This document shows positions 1 to 8,268 of a DNA stretch of 33,148 bases, piece by piece; the stretch's first letter is position 1, and every line of letters starts with the position of its first letter. The stretch lies in contig DASSGL010000218.1 in NCBI GenBank assembly GCA_035693525.1, forward strand, positions 1 through 33,148. Direction: 5' to 3'. A program made the position numbers and the translations under genes. The stretch is from Gaiellaceae bacterium. Lineage in GTDB: Bacteria; Actinomycetota; Thermoleophilia; Gaiellales; Gaiellaceae. The notes beneath the pieces are model-generated. The model made no database searches, was not told the origin of the DNA, and was given only the letters and a program-made list of their open reading frames with translations.

Positions 1-1031
1 CCGGCCCGCTGGATGTCGCAGATCACGAGCGGCAGCTCGAGCATGATCGCGAGCCCGATCGTCTCGGCCTTGAGGACGACGCCGGGCCCGGCGGAGGTCG
101 TCACGCCGAGAGCGCCGCCGAACGCGGCCCCGACGGCGGCGCCCGCAGCCGCGATCTCGTCCTCGGCCTGGAACGTCCGAACGCCGAAGTGCTTGTAGCC
201 CGCAAGCTCCTCGAGGATCGCGGACGCCGGCGTGATCGGGTAGGCGCCGAGGAAGAGCGGCAGCTTCGACAGCTGCGACGCGGCTATCAGCCCGTACGAG
301 AGCGCCTGATTCCCGGTGATGTTGCGGTACGTCCCCGGGGCGAGCTTCGCCGGCTTCACCTCGTATGTGACGGCGAACGTCTCCGTCGTCTCGCCGAACG
401 CGTAGCCGGCACGGAGCGCCTTGAGGTTTGCCTCGGCGATCTCGGGCCGCTTCGCGAACTTGGAGGCGATGAACGACTCGGTCGTGTCGGTCGGACGACC
501 GTAGAGCCACGACATCAACCCGAGCGCGAACATGTTCTTCGAGCGCTCGGCCTCGCGCGATGTGACTCCCTCGACCTCCTTGAGCGCGCCGACCGTGAGC
601 GTCGTCAGCGGCACGGCGTGCACCTGATACTCGTCGAGGGACCCGTCCTCGAGCGGGTTCGCCGAGTACCCCGCCTTCTGCAGGTTGCGCTCGTTGAACG
701 CATCCGCGTTGACGATCAGGGTTCCGCCCTTCGGCAGGTCCTTGATGTTCGTCTTCAGTGCGGCGGGATTCATCGCCACGAGCACATTCGGCGCGTCGCC
801 TGGGGTCAGGATGTCGTGGTCGGCGAAATGGAGCTGGAAGCCGGAGACTCCCGGCAACGAGCCGGCGGGCGCGCGGATCTCGGCCGGGAAGTCGGGCAGG
901 GTCGAGATGTCGTTGCCGAGGAGCGCGGTCTCGGAGGTGAACTGCGATCCCGTGAGCTGCATGCCGTCGCCGGAGTCCCCCGCGAAGCGGACGATGACCG
1001 TGGAGAGCTGTTCGACCGGCTTGGTGCTCAC
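1..1031 (-). CDS. korA: 2-oxoacid:ferredoxin oxidoreductase alpha subunit (KorA-like); C-terminal part lies outside the window
   Basis: Not in the ORF track because it runs off the left edge. Reverse-strand translation from GTG (1031-1029) stays open for 343 codons: VSTKPVEQLSTVIVRFAGDSGDGMQLTGSQF...PKGGTLIVNADAF...YRNITGNQALSYGLIAAS...AYPITPASAILEEL...FQAEDEIAAAGAAVGAAFGG...TTSAGPGVVLK. This is the gamma-like plus alpha domain order of KorA-type enzymes. Third codon positions are GC-rich. Confidence 0.8.
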   Translation of the reverse strand, partial: MSTKPVEQLSTVIVRFAGDSGDGMQLTGSQFTSETALLGNDISTLPDFPAEIRAPAGSLPGVSGFQLHFADHDILTPGDAPNVLVAMNPAALKTNIKDLPKGGTLIVNADAFNERNLQKAGYSANPLEDGSLDEYQVHAVPLTTLTVGALKEVEGVTSREAERSKNMFALGLMSWLYGRPTDTTESFIASKFAKRPEIAEANLKALRAGYAFGETTETFAVTYEVKPAKLAPGTYRNITGNQALSYGLIAASQLSKLPLFLGAYPITPASAILEELAGYKHFGVRTFQAEDEIAAAGAAVGAAFGGALGVTTSAGPGVVLKAETIGLAIMLELPLVICDIQRA

Positions 1032-1105
1032 GTTGCCTCGAACAGGTATAGCGGATCGACACGTAGGCGGATTCCGGCTACCCGAGGCGGGTCGAGCGGC
1101 CGGGC

Positions 1106-1948
1106 TCAGACGGTGAGGAGGAGCGCGTTCCGCGACGGATCGCGCACGATCACCCCGCCCTCGAGGGGCTCCGGCTCCTGGCCCGAGTCCGCGACCCGCT
1201 CGACGACACCGTCTCGCTCCTCGGCGTTCGGCAGGACGATCGTCGCGTGGCGCAGTGCCGCCGAGCCCGGCGGCGCGGGTGAGGAGCCGCGGCTCTCCCA
1301 CGTGTTCGCGCCGATGTGGTGGTGATAGCCACCCGCGCTCAGAAACGCCGCCGCGGGGCCGAGCTGAGCCATCAGGCCCATGCCGAGAACGCCGTGGTAG
1401 AAGTCGACGGTCTTCGGCACGTCGGCGACGCGCAGGTGGACGTGCCCCATGACGGTGCCGTCGGGAAGGCCGTCGAACGGCTCGGTCGCGGGATCGTCGA
1501 GCTCGCCGAAGAGGCTCTGGACGTCGAGCGGCATCGTCGTCATCTGCTCGAGCACCCGGCCTTCCCAGAGCTCGCGCGGCCGGTCGGCGTAGATCTCGAT
1601 GCCATGATGGTCCGGGTCGCGCAAGTAGATCGCCTCGCTCACGGCGTGGTCGGAGAGACCCTGCAGCTCGAGCTGCTCGCGCACGCCGTGTGCGAGCCAC
1701 CGCGCGAGGCTCGCGCGATCGGGGACGAGCAGCGCGACGTGATAGAGCCCCGTGTGCCCATGATCGGGAAGGGCGCCGGCCTCCTCGACGAATCGCAGGA
1801 GCTCCCGGTCGGAGCCGACCGACGCACGGCCGTTCTCGCGTTCGAGGATGCGCAGACCGACGGCCCTCTGCCAGTACTCGAGCGTGCGATCGAGATCGGA
1901 GACCGTCAGCTCGACCGGGCCCATGTGCGTCGTGGGCGCGATCTCCAT
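1106..1948 (-). CDS. VOC (glyoxalase/bleomycin-resistance/extradiol dioxygenase) family protein, two-domain CatE-like
   Basis: 280-aa track ORF. It has two tandem VOC modules with metal-ligand-like His/Glu contexts (GLYHVALLV...HAVSEAIYLRDPDHHGIEIY; MGHVHLRVAD...GGYHHHIGANTW...GGVIVRDPSRN). It starts 12 nt after the upstream gene's stop. Confidence 0.75.
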   Translation of the reverse strand: MEIAPTTHMGPVELTVSDLDRTLEYWQRAVGLRILERENGRASVGSDRELLRFVEEAGALPDHGHTGLYHVALLVPDRASLARWLAHGVREQLELQGLSDHAVSEAIYLRDPDHHGIEIYADRPRELWEGRVLEQMTTMPLDVQSLFGELDDPATEPFDGLPDGTVMGHVHLRVADVPKTVDFYHGVLGMGLMAQLGPAAAFLSAGGYHHHIGANTWESRGSSPAPPGSAALRHATIVLPNAEERDGVVERVADSGQEPEPLEGGVIVRDPSRNALLLTV

Positions 1949-1960
1949 CCGGTGATTGTG

Positions 1961-2428
1961 TCAGCCCGCCGAGTGCTTGAGCGCGGACTCCTTTCGTTGT
2001 GCCTCCGCAAGCGAGAGTGAGCCGCTGCACACTGCGTCGTTCAGCTCGTTCTCGATCCGATCGACCCGCGCCGCGCGTGGATACGGCTCGGGCCAGAGGT
2101 TGCGCGGATCGGTGGGGTGCCCGCCGAGCTCGAGGCTGATCAGGTGGTCCTCCTGGTAGTCGGACGCCGGCCCCGCCAGCCCGTACTCGCCCAGCTGCCG
2201 GAGCTTCAGCGCGTCCGTGTAGGTCGTGGCCGGCCGGACGGTCGCCGTCCACCCGCGCACACAGATCGTCGTCGCAATGGTCGTCTGCGTGACGTCGGGG
2301 TTCAGGACGCCGGGCGTGCGGACGGCGTCGGCGACGACAGCGGGCGCCGCACGCCCCTGCAGCGCCCGCAGCGCGAGGGCGAGCAGTGCAAGGGCCAGCG
2401 CGGCGGCGAGCAGCAGGCGATATGTCAC
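1961..2428 (-). CDS. Exported small protein with an HNH/His-Me-finger-like motif (putative secreted nuclease)
   Basis: 155-aa ORF. N-terminal hydrophobic signal/anchor (MTYRLLLAAALALALLALALRALQG). C-terminal motif DYQEDHLISLELGGHPTDPRNLWPEP, which I recognise from small actinobacterial proteins annotated as HNH endonucleases. Its start is 1 nt from the stop of the upstream membrane protein gene. Confidence 0.55.
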   Translation of the reverse strand: MTYRLLLAAALALALLALALRALQGRAAPAVVADAVRTPGVLNPDVTQTTIATTICVRGWTATVRPATTYTDALKLRQLGEYGLAGPASDYQEDHLISLELGGHPTDPRNLWPEPYPRAARVDRIENELNDAVCSGSLSLAEAQRKESALKHSAG

Positions 2429-2429
2429 G

Positions 2430-3908
2430 CTACGACGCTACGGCCGGCGCGTCGGCACGCGCAAGACGCTCTTGCGGACGCGTCCGCAAGAGAAGTGCAC
2501 CGCCGAGACCCCAGACACAGTAGGCGACCCAGGGGTCGCCGATCACGTCCGTCTGCACGGCGAGCGCGAGCACCGCGGTGAACGCGGCCGCCATTCCCGC
2601 CGGCCACGGATCCGCTCGGCCGGCACGTACGAGCCCCGCGAGAAGCGCCAGACCCCATGCCGTCCACAGGATCGCTCCGAGCACGCCGAGCTCGACGCCG
2701 AGCTCGGTGTAGTTCGACTCCCCGGCTTTCAGCGGCGTACCCGTCCGCGACGCCGTTTGCCCGACGTTGCCGAGCCCGTACCCCTGCGGATGGTCGGCCA
2801 TCGTCCGCACTCCGTCCTTCAGGCTGACCCAGTGCGAGTGCAGCGACGGCTCGCTCGCGCTCGTCGCGTTGTAACCCGAGGGGCCGTTCCTGCCGATCGC
2901 CTGTTGGTACGTCACGTCGACCTTCGTGAAGCGGCCCGTCGGGCCGATATGCGGAAAGAGATGCGCCCACGCGACCGCGATCGCGATCACGGCAACCGGC
3001 GCGAGGAGCTCGACGAAGCGGCGACGTACGAGCGCGAGCACGACGAGCCCGGCTGCGAATGCGACGAGCGACGAGCGCGAGAACGTCCAGAGCAGGCCGG
3101 CGCCGACGACGAGCGAGAGCGCGATGGTGAGCGCGCTGCGGCGGAGCGCGGCGATCGTGATGAGCAGCGCGACGACGAAGAGATAGCCGCTCGCAAGCGG
3201 CGACAGGAACGTCGACACGAGCCTGCGCAGGAACGGCTTGTCGCCGCCGACGTTGTAGATGAAGTTCTCCGGCAGCCCGTACACCGCGCCGCCCGGCTCT
3301 GTGCGCACTCCGGTGCCGTGGTAGTCGTAGCCGAGGTGCCGGTGGAAGTAGTCGATGACGCCGTTCGTCCGCCACCAGCCGATCGAGACCGTGTAGACGT
3401 CGACGAGGCCGATCGCCGCGACGGATGCAGCGACGACGAGGAGCGTCCAGGCGAGACGCCGGAGGTCGTCGCGCCGCAGCAGGAGAGAGCGGCCGAGGAG
3501 ATAGGCGCCGACGGGCACGAGGTCGTGGCGGAGCCCGAGCGCGACCGCCTTGTGGCCGGCTTCGCCGCCGAGCGTCGACTGCGGCACGAGGGCGTACACG
3601 ACGACGAGGGCCGCGAACGCGAGCGCGAGCAGGTCGACGAGCCCGAAGCGGAAGGGCAGCCGTCGCTCTCGCAGAGCGTCGGTGAATACTCGAAGCAGTG
3701 CGACCGCGAGGAGGATCTCCTTCCACGCGCTGATGACCGTCAGCGTCGAGCCGCGCACGCCGGCCGAGTAGAGCGCCGCCATCACGGCGTTGTGGACCGC
3801 GAGGCCGACGATGAAGATGTAGAGCGCCGCGACCGGCCGCCGCCAGACGACGGCGGCCGCACAGGCGAGGAGCACCGCGTAGAGGGCGAGCTCCAGGGCC
3901 TCGGTCAC
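2430..3908 (-). CDS. O-antigen ligase/polymerase (Wzy_C-type) family polytopic membrane protein
   Basis: 492-aa ORF with a GTG start. It has at least 10 hydrophobic segments and the Wzy_C-like stretch GAGLLWTFSRSSLVAFAAGLVVLALV, followed by a large loop and further TM helices. Confidence 0.7.
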   Translation of the reverse strand: MTEALELALYAVLLACAAAVVWRRPVAALYIFIVGLAVHNAVMAALYSAGVRGSTLTVISAWKEILLAVALLRVFTDALRERRLPFRFGLVDLLALAFAALVVVYALVPQSTLGGEAGHKAVALGLRHDLVPVGAYLLGRSLLLRRDDLRRLAWTLLVVAASVAAIGLVDVYTVSIGWWRTNGVIDYFHRHLGYDYHGTGVRTEPGGAVYGLPENFIYNVGGDKPFLRRLVSTFLSPLASGYLFVVALLITIAALRRSALTIALSLVVGAGLLWTFSRSSLVAFAAGLVVLALVRRRFVELLAPVAVIAIAVAWAHLFPHIGPTGRFTKVDVTYQQAIGRNGPSGYNATSASEPSLHSHWVSLKDGVRTMADHPQGYGLGNVGQTASRTGTPLKAGESNYTELGVELGVLGAILWTAWGLALLAGLVRAGRADPWPAGMAAAFTAVLALAVQTDVIGDPWVAYCVWGLGGALLLRTRPQERLARADAPAVAS

Positions 3909-3949
3909 GCGGCGAGGGTACAGCGGCCGCGTTCAGGGGTGTGTTGCGC

Positions 3950-3981
3950 GCGCCGGAATCCGCGCGAGCGGATTCCGGCGC
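3950..3981 (-). terminator. Perfect 14-bp stem / 4-nt loop hairpin between the small ORF and the O-antigen-ligase gene
   Basis: gcgccggaatccgc (3950-3963), loop gcga, gcggattccggcgc (3968-3981). It lies 13 nt downstream of the small ORF's stop on the minus strand. There is no clear U-tract, so it could be a terminator, an attenuator or an RNA-stability element. Confidence 0.35.
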
Positions 3982-3993
3982 TTGCGCCCCAAC

Positions 3994-4092
3994 TCAGTTG
4001 GGCCCCCAGGGGTCGCTGCCGAGCGTGATGGCGAGTGCGCCGAGGACGAGCATGAGCAGCACGAGCCGCACATAAATGGCCTTGCCGGACAT
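3994..4092 (-). CDS. 32-aa hydrophobic pre-peptide-like small protein (below the ORF-track length cutoff)
   Basis: Read by hand on the minus strand: AAAGGAGG-cccg-ATG, then MSGKAIYVRLVLLMLVLGALAITLGSDPWGPN and TGA. An in-frame TGA lies 14 codons upstream with no alternative start between. The shape is a basic N-region, an approximately 20-aa hydrophobic core and a polar Trp-containing tail. It is divergent from the XRE/TPR regulator at 4228. Confidence 0.5.
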   Translation of the reverse strand: MSGKAIYVRLVLLMLVLGALAITLGSDPWGPN

Positions 4093-4189
4093 CGGGCCTC
4101 CTTTTGCCGTTCGAGCCCCTCCCCAGCGAGGGGCTCACTGTAAGACGCGACGAGACCAGGTCTCACCGACCGCTGTCAAGCGGAAGCAG

Positions 4190-4218
4190 TTGACGCACGC
4201 CTGACAACCGATTAACAA
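4190..4218 (+). promoter_or_regulatory. Candidate promoter of the XRE/TPR regulator (near-leaderless)
   Basis: TTGACG (4190-4195), 17-nt spacer, TAACAA (4213-4218). The ATG at 4228 follows 9 nt later, implying a very short or absent leader. A GAGACC-a-GGTCTC palindrome lies upstream at 4152-4164. Confidence 0.3.
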
Positions 4219-4227
4219 TGGCCGGTA

Positions 4228-5550
4228 ATGGAGACCGACGGATCGCCGGCCGCGGGCGAGACGATCGGGGAGCGGCTCAAGCGCCTGCGGCTGGAGCGGG
4301 GCTTTTCGCAGCGCGAGCTCGCCGCCCCCGGCGTCTCATACGCCTATATCTCTCGAATAGAGGCCGGCACACGTCAGCCGTCGGTGAAGGCTCTGCGCCG
4401 CCTGGCGGCAAAGCTCGGCGTATCGGCGGACTACCTCGAGACGGGCTCCGACCTCGACGCGGCGGCGGTGCGCGAGCTCCATCTGGCGGACCTCGAGCTC
4501 GCCGTCCGGCTCGGCGACCACGAAGGCCTTCGCGAGAACCTCGGCGCATCACTCGACGAATCGCTCGCCGCCGGGGACCACCCGGCGGCCACCCGAGCCC
4601 GCGTCGCCCTCGCGCAGCTCGCGCTCGAGGACGGGCGCGACCAGGAGGCGGTGGATCTCCTCGAGGACGCGGTCGAGGGAGAGCCGTTCCTCCCGCTCGA
4701 CAGGTTCGAGATCTACGCGAACCTCGGCCGAGCCTATGCGGGCACCGGCCGGCCGGAGAGGGCGGCGGAGCTGTACCAGCGCTGCCTGGACGGCGTCGTG
4801 GAGGCGGGAGGCGATACGGCACTCGAGGCGCGCTATGCGACGCTGCTCAGCTATGCGCTGAGCGACATGGGCGACCTGGGCCGCGCCGAAGAGGTCGTGC
4901 GGCAGGCCCTCGAACGGGTCGAGGACACCGCCGACCCGTACATGCGGGTCAGGCTCTACTGGTCGATGGCGCGGCTCGCCCATGCGGAAGGGCGCGAGTC
5001 GGTCGCGCTCGGGAACGTACGCAAGGCGATCGCGCTGCTCCAGGCGACCGACGACACCTTTCATCTCGCGCGCGCGCACATCCTCGCCGCGGGCATCACC
5101 GTGGGTCGGGCAGACGCGCAGACCGCGGAGACGCACATCGAGATCGCAGAGCGCCTGCTCGGCGGCGGCGCAGCGCCGGAGGACGCGTTCGAGATGCTGC
5201 AGCACCGGTCGCGGATCGCGCTTCTCAAGCAGGATCCCACCGCCGCGGCGGCTTACGCACGCGACGCTCTGGCCCGCGCAGCCAAGCCGGCCGACGAAGG
5301 ACACGCCTCGTTCGCGCTCGCCGATGCGCTCACGGCCCTCGGAGACGTCGCCGGCGCGCACGAGTCGTATGCTCGTGCCGTGGACCTCCTCGAGAGCAGC
5401 GGCAGGTGGCGCAGCGCGTCGACGTCGGCCCGTGTCTGGGGCCGTATGCTCCGCGACCACGGGCGCGAGAGCGAGGCGCTGGACGTCCTCGATCGCGCGG
5501 CCGAGCTCGGCATGCGCGCGACTCCCGAAGCCGCGCGCGCCGAACGTTGA
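4228..5550 (+). CDS. XRE-family HTH transcriptional regulator with a long TPR-like helical-repeat C-terminal domain
   Basis: 440 aa. The N-terminus IGERLKRLRLERGFSQRELA...YISRIEAGTRQPSVKALRRLAAKLGVSADYL is a canonical Cro/C1 (XRE) HTH. The remaining ~370 aa are Ala/Leu/Arg/Glu-rich repeated helix pairs (TPR-like). It is a paralogue of the regulator at 31008-32390. Confidence 0.85.
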   Translation: METDGSPAAGETIGERLKRLRLERGFSQRELAAPGVSYAYISRIEAGTRQPSVKALRRLAAKLGVSADYLETGSDLDAAAVRELHLADLELAVRLGDHEGLRENLGASLDESLAAGDHPAATRARVALAQLALEDGRDQEAVDLLEDAVEGEPFLPLDRFEIYANLGRAYAGTGRPERAAELYQRCLDGVVEAGGDTALEARYATLLSYALSDMGDLGRAEEVVRQALERVEDTADPYMRVRLYWSMARLAHAEGRESVALGNVRKAIALLQATDDTFHLARAHILAAGITVGRADAQTAETHIEIAERLLGGGAAPEDAFEMLQHRSRIALLKQDPTAAAAYARDALARAAKPADEGHASFALADALTALGDVAGAHESYARAVDLLESSGRWRSASTSARVWGRMLRDHGRESEALDVLDRAAELGMRATPEAARAER

Positions 5551-6395
5551 CGGTCGAGGCCGCGGTCCAGCCGCGCGGCCCGTACTCGCTCGCGCTCTCG
5601 GCGCGCTTCGCAAGCGATGCGACCCGCACATTTCGCGACGGCGTCTTCACCGCGCTTCTGGCCGTCGACGGCCGACACGAGCTCGTACGCGCATGGCAGT
5701 CTCCGGACGGAACGGTGTCGATCCGCGCGGAGTCGGCCGCCGGCGTCGCGCGTCTACGCTGGATCCTCGCGCTCGACGACGACCATTCGGAGTTCCTGCG
5801 CCTCGTCCGCGGCGACTCGATGCTCGGTCCCGCCTCCCGTGCGCTGCGCGGCCTGCGGCCGGTGCGTGTCGCGACGGTCGCCCAGGCTCTGCTGCGCGCC
5901 TTCTGCGGGCAGCTGATCGAGGCGAAGAGCGCGCGCAAGCTCGAGCAGAAGATCATCCGCACGCTCTGCGCAGGCTGCCGTGAGCAGCTGCACGTCGCTC
6001 CGACGACGCGCGAGCTCGCCACGCTCGCACCGGCCGAGCTTCGCGGACACGGACTGCACGCCCGGCGCGCTGCATCGCTCGTCCGCCTGTGCCGCTCCCT
6101 CGAGCTCGAGCGACTGCACGAGGTCCCGACGGCCGCGGTCGCGGCGCGGCTCGAGCGCGAACGCGGTCTCGGTCCGTGGTCGGTCGGCGTCGTGTGCCTG
6201 CAAGGGCTCGGTCGGTACGACTACGGGCTCGTCGGAGATCTCGGCCTCGTGAAGCTGCTGCGCGCGCTGCGCCGCCGGCCGGTCGAGGGGTGGGAGACGG
6301 CGGAGCTGCTCGAGCCGTACGGAGAGTGGGCCGGCCTCGCAAGCGTGTACATGCTGGCGGGCTTCTCGCGAGGGCTTCTGCCCGTCGCCGCGTAA
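5547..6395 (+). CDS. alkA: DNA-3-methyladenine glycosylase II / HhH-GPD base-excision glycosylase (AlkA-like)
   Basis: This is the tail of track ORF 4218..6395; the upstream part of that frame is Arg-rich shadow. The TTG start at 5547 overlaps the regulator's TGA (TTGA). Sequence: TVEAAVQPRGPYSLALS...GQLIEAKSARKL...ELRGHGLHARRAASLVRL...RLERERGLGPWSVGVVCLQGLGRYDYGLVGDLGLVKLL, which shows the HhH-GPD hairpin and the catalytic Asp context. Confidence 0.75.
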   Translation: MTVEAAVQPRGPYSLALSARFASDATRTFRDGVFTALLAVDGRHELVRAWQSPDGTVSIRAESAAGVARLRWILALDDDHSEFLRLVRGDSMLGPASRALRGLRPVRVATVAQALLRAFCGQLIEAKSARKLEQKIIRTLCAGCREQLHVAPTTRELATLAPAELRGHGLHARRAASLVRLCRSLELERLHEVPTAAVAARLERERGLGPWSVGVVCLQGLGRYDYGLVGDLGLVKLLRALRRRPVEGWETAELLEPYGEWAGLASVYMLAGFSRGLLPVAA

Positions 6396-6404
6396 CCTCC
6401 CGCC

Positions 6405-7205
6405 ATGGAGCGAATCGCGATCATCGGCGGCGGCCGCATCGGCGAGGCGCTGCTCTCGGGGCTCCTCAGCTCCGGGTGGACCGACCTCGTGGTCACGAGC
6501 AGGAGCGAGACGCGGGTCGACGAGCTGCGGACGCGCCACGGCGTCGACGCGACGACCTCGAACTCCGACGCCGTCGCAGGCGCTGCGATCGTCGTCATCG
6601 CCGTGAAGCCGCAGGACATCGACGCGCTGCTCGACGACATCGGCGGCACGCTCTCACCGGAGCAGACGGTCGTCTCGGTCGCGGCCGCGATCCCGACGTC
6701 GTACATCGAGGCGCGGATCGCCGAGGGCGTCCCGGTGGTCCGGGCGATGCCGAATGCGCCCTCGACGGTGCACGAGGGCATGGCAGGGATTGCGGCCGGC
6801 GCGCATGCGGGCGACGAGCAGCTCGCGCTCGCGGAGGACGTGCTCTCGCACCTCGGGCGCGTCGTCCGGGTCCCCGAGGACGCGATGGATGCGATCACCG
6901 CGGTGTCCGGCTCCGGCCCGGCGTATTTCGCGTTGCTGGCCGAGGCGATGATCGAGGCGGGCATCCTCCTCGGCCTCTCGCGCGAGATCTCGACGACCCT
7001 CGTCGTGCAGACGATGCTCGGGACGGCGAAGCAGCTCCGCGACGAGGGCATGCACCCGGTCGAGCTGCGGGAGTCCGTCACCTCACCGGGCGGCACCACG
7101 ATCGCCGCGATCCGCGAGCTCGAGCAGGCCGGCGTGCGCGCCGCGTTTCTGAACGCGATTCAGGCGGCGATGACTCGGGCCCGCGAGCTGGCGCAAGGTG
7201 GATGA
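6405..7205 (+). CDS. proC: Pyrroline-5-carboxylate reductase
   Basis: 266 aa. IAIIGGGRIGEAL Rossmann motif, VRAMPNAPSTV, and the C-terminal ProC signature VTSPGGTTIAAIRELE. Confidence 0.9.
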   Translation: MERIAIIGGGRIGEALLSGLLSSGWTDLVVTSRSETRVDELRTRHGVDATTSNSDAVAGAAIVVIAVKPQDIDALLDDIGGTLSPEQTVVSVAAAIPTSYIEARIAEGVPVVRAMPNAPSTVHEGMAGIAAGAHAGDEQLALAEDVLSHLGRVVRVPEDAMDAITAVSGSGPAYFALLAEAMIEAGILLGLSREISTTLVVQTMLGTAKQLRDEGMHPVELRESVTSPGGTTIAAIRELEQAGVRAAFLNAIQAAMTRARELAQGG

Positions 7206-7869
7206 CGCCGTCGACATCGTGGTTGCGGACGACCCGGCGGAGGTCGTGGGCGAGCGGCTCGCGGCCGCGGCCCGCCGAGGCGGCCACATCGTCCTCACGG
7301 GCGGGTCGTCGGTCGCGAGAGCGTACGAAGCGGCGGCGCGTCTCGAGGACGACTGGACCGGCGTCGAGCTCTGGTGGGGCGACGAGCGCTCCGTGCCCCC
7401 CGACGACGAGCGATCGAACTACCGCCTGGCCAAGGCGACGCTTCTCGACCGGATCAGGCTCGGTCCGGTGCACCGCATCCGCGGCGAGCTTGGACCGGAC
7501 GAGGGTGCACGCCTCTACGACGAGGAGCTCGCCGGGGTCGGGTCCTTCGACCTCGAGCTTCTCGGGCTCGGCCCCGATGGCCATGTCGCCTCGCTCTTTC
7601 CGGACGAGCCGACGCTCGACGAGGCCGAGCGCCGGGCGATCGGGGCGAAGGCGGGCCTCGAGCCGTTCGTCGACCGGATCACGATGACGCTGCCGCGGCT
7701 CCGCGACGCGCGAGAGGTTCTCTTCGTCGTCACCGGGGAGAACAAGGCCGATGCGGTCGTGGCGGCGCTCTCAGGCGAGCCGTCGCGCCGGGCGCCCGGG
7801 AGCCTCGTCCGCGCGTCGCACGGGAGAACGACCGCCGTTCTCGACGCGGCCGCCGCGAGCAGGCTCTAG
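7198..7869 (+). CDS. pgl: 6-phosphogluconolactonase
   Basis: 223 aa. The GTG start overlaps the end of proC by 8 nt. Motifs: IVLTGGSS, WWGDERSVPPDDERSNY, LLGLGPDGHVASLFP. Confidence 0.85.
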   Translation: MDDAVDIVVADDPAEVVGERLAAAARRGGHIVLTGGSSVARAYEAAARLEDDWTGVELWWGDERSVPPDDERSNYRLAKATLLDRIRLGPVHRIRGELGPDEGARLYDEELAGVGSFDLELLGLGPDGHVASLFPDEPTLDEAERRAIGAKAGLEPFVDRITMTLPRLRDAREVLFVVTGENKADAVVAALSGEPSRRAPGSLVRASHGRTTAVLDAAAASRL

Positions 7870-8249
7870 CTCGCCTCGGGTGCGAAGGTGTCGATCGGCT
7901 CCGTCACGGACACGACGACCGGAAGCCCGGCGACGACCGACTCCAGCGAGACGTACGCGATCGTGCCGACGACGCCGTCCTTCCGGCGCAGGCGCGCCGT
8001 CCGCTGGATGGAGCGCGTCCTCCTGAGCATCGCGTACACCTCGGCGATCTCCTCCTCCGAGCGCACGCTGACGCCCTGCACGTTGAGCTCGGCAAGCTCC
8101 TCGCGCGAGTAGCCGAGCAGCTCGACCGCGCTGTCGTTGACGGCGAGCGTGCGACCGTCGTCGTCTGTGACGAAGACGGCGGAGCGACCGGCCATGAGCG
8201 CTTCCCCGAGCAGCGTCAGATGGAGGATGCGAAGCGGCTCGCCTTCCAT
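7866..8249 (-). CDS. PAS domain protein (stand-alone sensor module)
   Basis: Track ORF 7866..8306. I prefer the ATG at 8249 (MEGEPLRILHL...), which avoids overlapping the upstream gene. PAS-like core: LAVNDSAVELLGYSREELAELNVQGV...RLRRKDGVVGTIAYVSLE. The start choice is uncertain. Confidence 0.65.
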   Translation of the reverse strand: MEGEPLRILHLTLLGEALMAGRSAVFVTDDDGRTLAVNDSAVELLGYSREELAELNVQGVSVRSEEEIAEVYAMLRRTRSIQRTARLRRKDGVVGTIAYVSLESVVAGLPVVVSVTEPIDTFAPEAS

Positions 8250-8268
8250 GCTTCGACGGTACTCCGGT

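Noticed and set aside
2226-4028. Long Arg/Gly/Pro/Asp-rich ORFs in the track. Examples: 189..1325, 2226..4028, 2425..3726, 4549..5631, 6089..7687, 7374..8915, 8912..10000, 14287..16059, 15179..16636, 16153..17376, 19251..20969, 19276..20736, 20210..22204, 23624..24745, 25638..26660, 27713..28762, 29641..30825 and 31053..32378.
   Set aside because: They overlap, in other frames or on the opposite strand, genes with clear family motifs. Their low-complexity Arg-rich composition is the usual stop-poor shadow of high-GC coding DNA.
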